The notes beneath the pieces were generated by a model. The model saw only the letters and a program-made list of their open reading frames with translations. It ran no database searches and was not told the origin of the DNA. The position numbers and the translations under genes were made by a program. Shown piece after piece: positions 1 to 9,057 of a stretch of 64,000 bases of DNA (positions within the stretch are counted from its first letter, which is position 1; each line of letters opens with the position of its first letter). Origin of the DNA: Bacteroidota bacterium. Its GTDB lineage: Bacteria; Bacteroidota; Bacteroidia; Chitinophagales; Chitinophagaceae. The stretch covers positions 21,900 through 85,899 of the forward strand of contig JAZKGV010000194.1 in the NCBI GenBank assembly GCA_040385725.1, given 5' to 3'.

Positions 1-1
1 C

Positions 2-1117
2 ATTGGCGGCGAACAACAACGCATTACCATTACAGGCAAATCAAAAACAAAAATTACAACTACAAATGCTGTAACAGAAGAAAGTGAAATAAAAGTTGCT
101 GGCAGCAATAAGCAGATCAAAAAGATAAAAGGCAAATTAAAAGCACAACAGGCCAATGGCGAAGCTGAAGAACTTATAGCAGTAAACAATAACGAAAAAA
201 CAAACAACAATGAATCAATTATACCTACGGAAGAAAAAGAAGAACCTGCAGCAACGCAGGAAAAAGAAATAATTGCTGCAAAAACTGTCGATGTAAAACC
301 TGCGCCAGTTATAGAAGAAAAGAAAACAACAGCAATTGAAGCAAACAAAACAGACAATAAAAAAACAAGCCCGGTTGTTGCAAAAAAAGCCGTAAAAAAA
401 CATTGGTTTTTTGAAGCAGGTGCCATCCCATTGATTGCTGCATCGCAGTATAATGAAAACAGTTCTTTTTACCGTAACCATGTTGTAAACAACAGTGTTT
501 CTGTTTATAAGGCCAATCTTGTAAATGCATCCATTGAGCCGGCTGTTGCTTTCTCATTATTAATACGCAGGGAAGTAAGTAAAAAAATTGCCGTGGGCAC
601 AGGGCTGCAGTATATGTTGCTGAAAGAAAATATGAGCATAGAAGGAAAAGAAACCAATACCACTTATGCTTTTGTTGACAGGCTGGTAAATGGCCAGTTA
701 GTGCCTGATACAATAGCAACAATTACAGAAGGAGCAAGAGCTATTTCTGCCGTAAACAGCTACCAGCTGTTTAGCATACCGCTGTTTGTGCAATACAGCA
801 TTATTCAAAAACCCAAATGGAGTCTTGACGCTGTTGGCGGCCTTTATTTTAATATCAGCGGCAACTATAAAAATGAAATAAACCGCAATGCAGCAGCGCC
901 ATTGCTTGCGGCTCCCGGCACCACAAACAAAAGCAATACCGGCATGGACCTATTTGCCGGCATACGCATTGGCAAAAAGCTAAGCAAACGACTCGACTTT
1001 TTTGCCATGCCCTCTATGCGGTGGAGCCTTGCTAAATACAATGTAAAAAACAGTTTGCTGGATAAAAATATTAACCAGGCTGGAATAGGATTTGGTTTGG
1101 GTTATAAGATCAATTAA
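2..1117 (+). CDS. 5'-partial outer-membrane beta-barrel protein (PorT-like) with long low-complexity N-terminal linker
   Basis: Frame is open from position 2 (IGGEQQRITITG...), not only from 431. About 140 aa rich in K/E/T/N/A precede amphipathic beta-strands (HWFFEAG..., IPLFVQY, GGLYFNI, GIGFGLGYKIN). Confidence 0.75.
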   Translation: MGGEQQRITITGKSKTKITTTNAVTEESEIKVAGSNKQIKKIKGKLKAQQANGEAEELIAVNNNEKTNNNESIIPTEEKEEPAATQEKEIIAAKTVDVKPAPVIEEKKTTAIEANKTDNKKTSPVVAKKAVKKHWFFEAGAIPLIAASQYNENSSFYRNHVVNNSVSVYKANLVNASIEPAVAFSLLIRREVSKKIAVGTGLQYMLLKENMSIEGKETNTTYAFVDRLVNGQLVPDTIATITEGARAISAVNSYQLFSIPLFVQYSIIQKPKWSLDAVGGLYFNISGNYKNEINRNAAAPLLAAPGTTNKSNTGMDLFAGIRIGKKLSKRLDFFAMPSMRWSLAKYNVKNSLLDKNINQAGIGFGLGYKIN

Positions 1118-1129
1118 AAAATTACTGCG

Positions 1130-3853
1130 ATGAGATACTTTTTTACTGCTGCGATCTTGATGATTGCCCTGTTTGCAAAGGGCCAGATTGTGAATATACC
1201 GGATAGTAATTTTAAATGGAAATTGCTTAACTACCAATCCACCAACTTAAGCCTGCCAACTAATTACATTGATGCAAATAACGATGGCGAAATACAGGAA
1301 ACTGAAGCTCTTGCCATTACCGGTTTAGATTTATATAATGACCCTTCCAACCAAGGCTCTGCCGATCGCCCTATCCGTGACCTTACAGGAATAAAGTCAT
1401 TCAATAATTTAAGACGACTGAATTTAACAGCAAATGCGGTTCATAATATTGACCTTTCAAATATGATTAACCTTGACACTATAGTAACATCTCGAAACTC
1501 GATATTTAATATCAATTTGAATGGGTGTCATAATCTTAAAACAGTTAATCTTACCAACGAACCTGCCACAGCACTAATACTACATGATATGCCAAATTTA
1601 GCAGTAGTATTTTTAGCAAATGGCATTGATGACATGCAATACATAAGTATCAAAAATTGCCCGGCGCTAAATTATATTGCATGGCCTAATTTCAACGGCC
1701 TTACACATGGTTTAGTAGAACTTTCAAATGCAGCGTTGGAAAGTATTAGTGGCATTCCGTATGGCTTTACTGCCAACACAACAGTCATGTTAGATAACAT
1801 GTCAAGGCTAAAGACTTTTAATGTTTATCCGAGTATCGACTCTTTAATAATAAAGAATTGTGATAGCCTTGTCTCTATAGACGATCAGGCTTTTGGTGCA
1901 CAGGTTAATTATATTAAGGTAGATAATTGCCGAGAGTTAACAAGAATAGGTTTCTTTCAATATACAGGGGAATCACTTGACATTATAAATTGTCCCAAAC
2001 TATCCCTTTTGGGAAACAATAATTCATGGGCACCAAATCTTAAGTCGTTAAATATAAAAAATGGAATATTTACCGAATTCAGTATTCCATCTGTTCCAAG
2101 TCTTAGATATATATGTGCAGATGAAAGTGAAATAATAAATACAATCAATAAGCTGGCTGCCCATCCCTGGAACACAAACTTTACTGTGAACTCTTATTGT
2201 TCTTTTATTCCAGGTGGAACATATAATACGATTAAAGGAAATACAAGAGTGGATATAAATAATAATGGCTGCGATAGCAGTGATAGAAACATTAAAAATG
2301 TACTGGTAAAACTGACAGACACAACCGGGCAAACTTATGTTACTTCCTCAAATGAAGAAGGGAAATACTCAGTTTATACATACAAGGGAAACTTTACGTT
2401 AAGCCCATATTTTGCTTATCCGTATTTTTCAATTAATCCCTCCTCGGAAAATCTTCGCTTTGATACAGCTAACAATTTAATAGCTATAAGAGACTTCTGC
2501 ATCCAACCCAATGGCACTCACAACGATTTAGAAATTACTTTTCTCCCAACATGGCCCGTTGCAAGACCTGGTTTTGATGCCGCCTACACTTTAGTGTACA
2601 GAAACCGTGGCACCACCACTCTATCCGGAAATGTTGCTGTAAACTTCGATAACAGTAAAATTAATTTTGTTTCTGCTTCTGAAAATGTTGCTACACAAAA
2701 CACAGGACAATTAACTTGGAACTACAATAACCTGCAACCCTTTGAAAGCAAAACTATCAATGTAACTTTTAACTTATTGCCACCGCCGGTTAATAATATT
2801 GGTGATACAATTATTTTCTTATCAGCCATCACGCCTTCAGCAAATGATGAAACTGCTTTTGATAACAGCTTTATTCTTCCACAAACAGTAATTGGTTCTT
2901 TTGATCCGAATGACAAACAATGCCTTGAAGGAAGCAAAATCGATATTTCTAAAATTGGTGAATACCTGCATTACCAAATACGTTTTCAAAATGAAGGGAC
3001 AGATACAGCGTTCAATATTGTTGTAGCTGATATATTAAGTGATAAATTAGACTGGAACAGTTTTGAATTTATTGGCAGCAGCCACACTGCTGATGTAAAA
3101 CTTACCAATAACAAACTGGAATTTATTTTCCAGAACATCAATCTTCCTTACAAAGCAATTGATGAACCCGGCAGCAATGGCTGGATAGCGTTTAAAATAA
3201 AACCAAAACCTTCTGTTGTAATTGGTGATTCTTTAAACAATAACGCTGCTATTTATTTTGATTTTAATTTACCGGTGATAACAAATACTGCCACAACAAT
3301 TGTTTCATCGGCTTCAACTCCTGTTCCTGTTAAGCTGGAGTATTTTTCTGTAAACAAAAAAGAAAATACCAATCAACTCAATTGGAAAGCCAGTTGCACT
3401 TATGGCAACGCTGCATTTATAATTGAAAGAAGTGATGATGGAATAAATTTTAAATCCATTGGAAATATAAATGCTACAGCAGTGCGTTGCCAATTGCCTT
3501 TCAATTTTACTGATAACAATCCTGTAGCAGGTAAAAATTATTACCGCTTAAAAATTACTGACGCTGATGGAAAAAGTTTTTATAGCAAAACATTGGTTGT
3601 TGGAAATGGCAAAGCCGGAATTGAAATTACTGCTGTTGCAAACAACATTGTTTATCTCAGCAGTAATAAACAGCAAACAGTAACTATGAAAATAATTGCT
3701 ACAGATGGAAGAGCAATATTAAATCAAAAGCAAACTGTTGGCGCTGGCAGTAACAACATCAGTTTGCAAATGAAAAGTGCAGCAAAAGGAATTTATACTT
3801 TGATTGTATATACTGAAGAAGGAGGAATGATCACTAAAAGATTTCTAAAATAA
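1130..3853 (+). CDS. T9SS type A sorting domain protein, LRR + Ig-like (DUF7619-like) modules; paralogue 1
   Basis: Signal peptide, IPDxNFK cap, DxNxDGEI motif, DLTGIxxFxNL LRRs, YCSFxPGG junction, GSFDPNDK, PVPVKLEYF module, C-terminal TKRFLK sorting-domain ending. Confidence 0.88.
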   Translation: MRYFFTAAILMIALFAKGQIVNIPDSNFKWKLLNYQSTNLSLPTNYIDANNDGEIQETEALAITGLDLYNDPSNQGSADRPIRDLTGIKSFNNLRRLNLTANAVHNIDLSNMINLDTIVTSRNSIFNINLNGCHNLKTVNLTNEPATALILHDMPNLAVVFLANGIDDMQYISIKNCPALNYIAWPNFNGLTHGLVELSNAALESISGIPYGFTANTTVMLDNMSRLKTFNVYPSIDSLIIKNCDSLVSIDDQAFGAQVNYIKVDNCRELTRIGFFQYTGESLDIINCPKLSLLGNNNSWAPNLKSLNIKNGIFTEFSIPSVPSLRYICADESEIINTINKLAAHPWNTNFTVNSYCSFIPGGTYNTIKGNTRVDINNNGCDSSDRNIKNVLVKLTDTTGQTYVTSSNEEGKYSVYTYKGNFTLSPYFAYPYFSINPSSENLRFDTANNLIAIRDFCIQPNGTHNDLEITFLPTWPVARPGFDAAYTLVYRNRGTTTLSGNVAVNFDNSKINFVSASENVATQNTGQLTWNYNNLQPFESKTINVTFNLLPPPVNNIGDTIIFLSAITPSANDETAFDNSFILPQTVIGSFDPNDKQCLEGSKIDISKIGEYLHYQIRFQNEGTDTAFNIVVADILSDKLDWNSFEFIGSSHTADVKLTNNKLEFIFQNINLPYKAIDEPGSNGWIAFKIKPKPSVVIGDSLNNNAAIYFDFNLPVITNTATTIVSSASTPVPVKLEYFSVNKKENTNQLNWKASCTYGNAAFIIERSDDGINFKSIGNINATAVRCQLPFNFTDNNPVAGKNYYRLKITDADGKSFYSKTLVVGNGKAGIEITAVANNIVYLSSNKQQTVTMKIIATDGRAILNQKQTVGAGSNNISLQMKSAAKGIYTLIVYTEEGGMITKRFLK
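2789..3231 (+). repeat. 443-bp tract nearly identical to 5391-5833
   Basis: Read by eye: only 2 mismatches (2839-2840); 2841-3231 appears 100% identical to 5443-5833. Confidence 0.9.
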
Positions 3854-3875
3854 CCTAACTACAAAATTAACTGCA

Positions 3876-6455
3876 ATGAAAACCTTTATCACTTTCCTAT
3901 TACTTGCAACTGCTTTATTTACTAAAGCGCAAATTGTAAATATTCCAGATGCAAATTTTAAAGTCGCTCTCATCAACTTGGGCATCGATACAAATAATGA
4001 TGGTGAGATACAGCAAACAGAAGCAGATGTCGTGACAACGTTAGATATTGATTCTTTGGACTTAAGAGATTTAACCGGTATCCGCTCCTTTACCAACCTT
4101 AAAACGCTATACTGCTCCGCTAATAAACTGCGAATATTTGATATTTCTGGTCATACAAATATTGAGTCAATTAATATTCGCCGATATTTTAGTTTTGATA
4201 ACGATACAGGTATGGCTGTATTCAACGCAGAAAATTGTATAAGGCTAAAAACTGTAGACTTATCAACTCCAAACTGGCCAACACTTTATACGGCACTTAT
4301 GGCAAACCTGGTTAATTGTGACAGCCTTACCAGCATTAACTTATCCTTATGTCCTGTTGCAATTTTAGACGTCAGCGGATCAGGCATAAAACATTTAGGG
4401 GTATGGCAAGTAGGTACTCTAATTGCAAAAAATTGCACTTCACTAATCTCGATTGTACCAGACCAGAGCCTGACAGGGGGAATAGGAACTGTAGATGTGA
4501 CAGGTTGTACAAATCTTGAAAGCCTCTCCTATGGGGAAGCTGGATCGGTACAAACGATTGATCTAAGCACTTGCCCTAATATCAAAACAGTATTTGTTCC
4601 TTATACCTCTGTCAGCCCTCTTTATGTCAATTTGAAAAATGGTACCCGTATGGATAATTTTAGTGTAGGTATAATACCGTGGAATGGTTCCATACCTGTT
4701 CTCAATATTTGTGCTGATGATTTTGAAACAGACTCTGCCAGCAACTGGTTGCAGTTTGTAAATATGCACAATAATCCCCTTACTAATATCAATTCTTACT
4801 GTAGTTTCTTTCCCGGTGGAAGCTTTAATTCAATTTCAGGTAATATAAGGGTTGATATAGATAATAATGGCTGCGATAGTACAGACAATGTAGCGGATAA
4901 TTGTTTAATCAGGTTTTCAAGTACATCTGAACAAACATATATTACATCTGCCAACTATCAGGGAAAATTTAAAGCATATACCTACAAAGGAGATTTTACC
5001 CTAACCCCTTATTTTCCATATCCATATTTCACTATTAATCCATCATCAGAAAGTGTCATTTTTGATACTGCTAATAGCTTAACAGCAACAAGAAATTTTT
5101 GCATCACTCCCAATGGCATTCATAATGATGTAGAAATAATTTTTCTTCCCACCTTCCCACCAGCAAGACCGGGTTTTGATGCTGCTTATACCTTAGTTTA
5201 CAAAAACCGTGGCACCACCACTCTATCCGGAAATGTTGCTGTAAACTTTGACAACAGTAAAATGAATTTTGTTTCCGCTTCTGAAAATGTTACCCCACAA
5301 AGTTCAGGACAGTTATTATGGAACTACAACAATCTGCAACCTTTTGAAAGTAAAACAATCAATGTAACTTTTAACTTACTGCCTCCGCCAGTTAATAATA
5401 TTGGTGATACAATTATTTTCTTATCAGCCATCACGCCTTCCACAAATGATGAAACTGCTTTTGATAACAGCTTTATTCTTCCACAAACAGTAATTGGTTC
5501 TTTTGATCCGAATGACAAACAATGCCTTGAAGGAAGCAAAATCGATATTTCTAAAATTGGTGAATACCTGCATTACCAAATACGTTTTCAAAATGAAGGG
5601 ACAGATACAGCGTTCAATATTGTTGTAGCTGATATATTAAGTGATAAATTAGACTGGAACAGTTTTGAATTTATTGGCAGCAGCCACACTGCTGATGTAA
5701 AACTTACCAATAACAAACTGGAATTTATTTTCCAGAACATCAATCTTCCTTACAAAGCAATTGATGAACCCGGCAGCAATGGCTGGATAGCGTTTAAAAT
5801 AAAACCAAAACCTTCTGTTGTAATTGGTGATTCATTGAACAACAGCGCAGCTATCTATTTTGATTTTAATTTACCTGTTATAACAAATACTGCCACAACG
5901 ATTGTTACCTCTTCTTCTACACCTGTGCCTGTTAAGTTGGAATATTTTTCTGCAAACAAAAAGGAAAATACCAATCAACTTAATTGGAAAGCCAGTTGTA
6001 CTTATGGCAATGCTGCATTTGTAATTGAAAGAAGTGATGATGGAATAAATTTTAAAGCCATTGGAAATATAAATGCTACAGCAGTGCGTTGTCAATTGCC
6101 TTTTAATTTTAGTGATAACGATCCTGCGGCTGGTAAAAATTATTACCGCTTAAAAATTACAGATGCTGATGGAAAAAGTTTTTATAGTAAAGTTTTAGTT
6201 GTTGGTAATAATAAAGCTGGCATAGAAATTACTGCGGTTGCAAACAACACTGTTTATCTCAGCAGTAATAAACAACAAACAGTAATAATGAAAGTAATTA
6301 CTGCGGATGGAAGAGAAGTATTAAATCAAAAACAAACTATTGGTACCGGAAACAATAATATCAATTTGCTAATGAAAAATGCGGCGAAAGGAATTTATAG
6401 TTTAATTATTTGCACAGAACAGGGAGAACCAATTACAAAGAGATTTATAAAATAG
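3876..6455 (+). CDS. T9SS LRR protein; paralogue 2
   Basis: Same architecture as paralogue 1; ends TKRFIK. Confidence 0.88.
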   Translation: MKTFITFLLLATALFTKAQIVNIPDANFKVALINLGIDTNNDGEIQQTEADVVTTLDIDSLDLRDLTGIRSFTNLKTLYCSANKLRIFDISGHTNIESINIRRYFSFDNDTGMAVFNAENCIRLKTVDLSTPNWPTLYTALMANLVNCDSLTSINLSLCPVAILDVSGSGIKHLGVWQVGTLIAKNCTSLISIVPDQSLTGGIGTVDVTGCTNLESLSYGEAGSVQTIDLSTCPNIKTVFVPYTSVSPLYVNLKNGTRMDNFSVGIIPWNGSIPVLNICADDFETDSASNWLQFVNMHNNPLTNINSYCSFFPGGSFNSISGNIRVDIDNNGCDSTDNVADNCLIRFSSTSEQTYITSANYQGKFKAYTYKGDFTLTPYFPYPYFTINPSSESVIFDTANSLTATRNFCITPNGIHNDVEIIFLPTFPPARPGFDAAYTLVYKNRGTTTLSGNVAVNFDNSKMNFVSASENVTPQSSGQLLWNYNNLQPFESKTINVTFNLLPPPVNNIGDTIIFLSAITPSTNDETAFDNSFILPQTVIGSFDPNDKQCLEGSKIDISKIGEYLHYQIRFQNEGTDTAFNIVVADILSDKLDWNSFEFIGSSHTADVKLTNNKLEFIFQNINLPYKAIDEPGSNGWIAFKIKPKPSVVIGDSLNNSAAIYFDFNLPVITNTATTIVTSSSTPVPVKLEYFSANKKENTNQLNWKASCTYGNAAFVIERSDDGINFKAIGNINATAVRCQLPFNFSDNDPAAGKNYYRLKITDADGKSFYSKVLVVGNNKAGIEITAVANNTVYLSSNKQQTVIMKVITADGREVLNQKQTIGTGNNNINLLMKNAAKGIYSLIICTEQGEPITKRFIK
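5391..5833 (+). repeat. Second copy of the 443-bp tract (offset 2602 bp)
   Basis: See 2789-3231. Confidence 0.9.
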
Positions 6456-6483
6456 CTGATAATAATATATAAAACTTACTGCA

Positions 6484-9021
6484 ATGAAAACTTTTATCAT
6501 TTCCCTATTGCTTGTAGCCGCTTTGTTTACTAAAGCACAAATTGTAAATATACCTGATGCAAATTTTAAAAATTATTTGTTACAATATTCTCCTGCCATT
6601 GATATAAACAATGATAATGAAATACAGGTTACTGAAGCCGCTGCAGTTGGCCGTTTACTTATTTACGAATCTGTAAACAATCAAATGATCGCTTCTCTGG
6701 TGGGGCTTGAATCATTTAGCAACCTGACCTACCTTGAAACCTACACAAGGGTGCCGGTTATAAATACTGCCGGTTTAAATAATTTAAAAGAATACAGGGT
6801 TGGCGGTTATGTTAATACCCTTGACCTAACAGGATGTTTTAATTTAGAAAACCTTAATGTAGGGTGTGACAGTTTAACCACTTTAGATATCAGCCCCTGT
6901 GCAAACCTTAAAGAATTAATTGTTGGCTATAACCTTCGTCTTACTAATATTATTAAGGCCACACATGACAGTTTGAAAGTGGCAACTATTTATTACAATA
7001 ACAGTTTAAGGCAAATTGATTTCAGCAATCTTCACAATCTTTTACAGTTACATATTACAACTGATTGGCCTTTAGAACGGTTAAATGTTGACGGCTGTAA
7101 TGCCCTGCAGTATTTATCTATAACCGGCGGTCCCCCTATAACACCATTAAATACACTGGATCTAAGTTCCTGCTATAACTTACTGCATTTTGGTGCCAAT
7201 TACTTTCGCATCAATTATCTGAACGTAAAAAACGGAAGCTCTTTTATAGGCTTTACTTACGACTTCAACAATTCAGTAGAAATATGCGCCGATGAATTTG
7301 AGATACAGGATTTACAGCAACGGTTTATGTTTAATTTAATGACGCCTCCGCCTATTACTTCTTACTGTACATTTTTTCCTGGAGGCAATTACAATACCAT
7401 TAAAGGCAAAACAAGAATTGACTTTAATAATGATGGCTGCGACAGTACAGACAGGGTGATGCAGCAGGTAGCCATAAAAATCCAGGACACTTCTGGTAAT
7501 TCATTGATAAGATACACTGCACAATCCGGCGATTATGCACATTATTCATACAAAGGCAACTTCACTCTTACCCCTTATTTTCCGTATCCATATTTTATTG
7601 TAAACCCGGCAAGCGTCAACGTTTTATTTGATTCGGCAAATAACCTGGTATCTACAAAAGATTTCTGCATACAACCAAACGGCACTCACAACGACCTGGA
7701 AATAAGTTTTCTGCCCACATTATCACCTGCAAGGCCTGGCTTTAATGCTGCTTATACTTTGATTTATAAAAACCGGGGCACCACTACTTTGTCAGGAAAT
7801 GTTGCTGTCAATTTCGATAATAATAAAATGAATTTTGTTTCTGCTTCTGAAAATGTTACCACACAAAGTTCGGGACAGTTATTGTGGAACTACAATAACC
7901 TGCAGCCTTTTGAAACCAAAACCATCGATGTAACTTTTAATTTGCTACCGCCGCCGGTGAACAATATTGATGATACAATTTCTTATTTAGCAGTTATCAC
8001 TCCATCAGATAATGATGAAACTGCCTTTGATAATATTTTTATTCTTCCACAAAGAGTAGTTGGAAGTTTTGACCCTAACGATAAACAATGTATCGAAGGA
8101 AGTAAACTGGACATCAGTAAGATTGGTGACTATCTCCATTATCAAATACGTTTTCAAAATGAAGGAACAGATACTGCTTTTAATATTGTAGTGGTAGATA
8201 CATTGAGTGATAAATTGGATTGGAACAGTTTTGAGTTTATCAGCAGCAGTCATTCTTGTAATCCAACACTTAAAAACAACAAAGCAGAATTCATTTTTGA
8301 AAACATCAACCTTCCTTACAAAGCCATTGATGAACCCGGAAGTAATGGCTGGGTAGCTTTTAAAATAAAACCCAAACCTTCTGTTGTTATTGGTGATTCA
8401 TTAAACAACAGCGCTGCTATTTATTTTGATTTTAATTTACCAGTAATAACAAATACTGCTACAACAATTGTTACCTCTTCTTCCACGCCGGTTCCTGTTA
8501 AGCTGGAATATTTTTCAGTAAATAAAAAAGAAAATACCAATCAACTGAATTGGAAAGCCAGTTGTACTTACGGCAATGCTGCATTTGTAATTGAAAGAAG
8601 TGATGATGGTATTCATTTTAAAGCCATTGGAAATATTAATACTACTGCATTGCGTTGCCAGTTGCCTTTCAACTTTACAGATAACAACCCTGCGGCTGGT
8701 AAAAATTATTACCGGTTAAAAATTACGGATGCTGATGGAAAAAGTTTTTACAGCAAAATAGTGGTTGTTGGAAATAACAAAGCTGGTATTGAAATTACCG
8801 CTGTGGCAAATAATACTGTTTATCTCAACAGCAACAAGCAGCAAATAATACAATTGAAAGTGATCGCTGCCGATGGAAAAGAAATTGTAAACCAAAAGCA
8901 AATTTTTACAGCAGGAACTAATAGTATCAGTTTGCAAACGGCAAATACAGCCAAAGGCATTTACACCATTATCATCTATACAAATGATGGTAGCAGCATC
9001 ACCCATCGGTTTATTAAATGA
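6484..9021 (+). CDS. T9SS LRR protein; paralogue 3
   Basis: Same architecture; ends THRFIK. Confidence 0.88.
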   Translation: MKTFIISLLLVAALFTKAQIVNIPDANFKNYLLQYSPAIDINNDNEIQVTEAAAVGRLLIYESVNNQMIASLVGLESFSNLTYLETYTRVPVINTAGLNNLKEYRVGGYVNTLDLTGCFNLENLNVGCDSLTTLDISPCANLKELIVGYNLRLTNIIKATHDSLKVATIYYNNSLRQIDFSNLHNLLQLHITTDWPLERLNVDGCNALQYLSITGGPPITPLNTLDLSSCYNLLHFGANYFRINYLNVKNGSSFIGFTYDFNNSVEICADEFEIQDLQQRFMFNLMTPPPITSYCTFFPGGNYNTIKGKTRIDFNNDGCDSTDRVMQQVAIKIQDTSGNSLIRYTAQSGDYAHYSYKGNFTLTPYFPYPYFIVNPASVNVLFDSANNLVSTKDFCIQPNGTHNDLEISFLPTLSPARPGFNAAYTLIYKNRGTTTLSGNVAVNFDNNKMNFVSASENVTTQSSGQLLWNYNNLQPFETKTIDVTFNLLPPPVNNIDDTISYLAVITPSDNDETAFDNIFILPQRVVGSFDPNDKQCIEGSKLDISKIGDYLHYQIRFQNEGTDTAFNIVVVDTLSDKLDWNSFEFISSSHSCNPTLKNNKAEFIFENINLPYKAIDEPGSNGWVAFKIKPKPSVVIGDSLNNSAAIYFDFNLPVITNTATTIVTSSSTPVPVKLEYFSVNKKENTNQLNWKASCTYGNAAFVIERSDDGIHFKAIGNINTTALRCQLPFNFTDNNPAAGKNYYRLKITDADGKSFYSKIVVVGNNKAGIEITAVANNTVYLNSNKQQIIQLKVIAADGKEIVNQKQIFTAGTNSISLQTANTAKGIYTIIIYTNDGSSITHRFIK
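8380..8489 (+). repeat. 110-bp tract identical to 11092-11201
   Basis: TCTGTTGTTATTGGTGATTC...TCTTCCACGCC read identically in paralogues 3 and 4. Confidence 0.85.
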
Positions 9022-9057
9022 GGTATCTTTATTAATCTACTTTAAACCAAGAAACTC

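Noticed and set aside
2722-5539. Near-identical 71-aa minus-strand ORFs at 2722-2937 and 5324-5539
   Set aside because: Antisense shadows of the duplicated coding tract.
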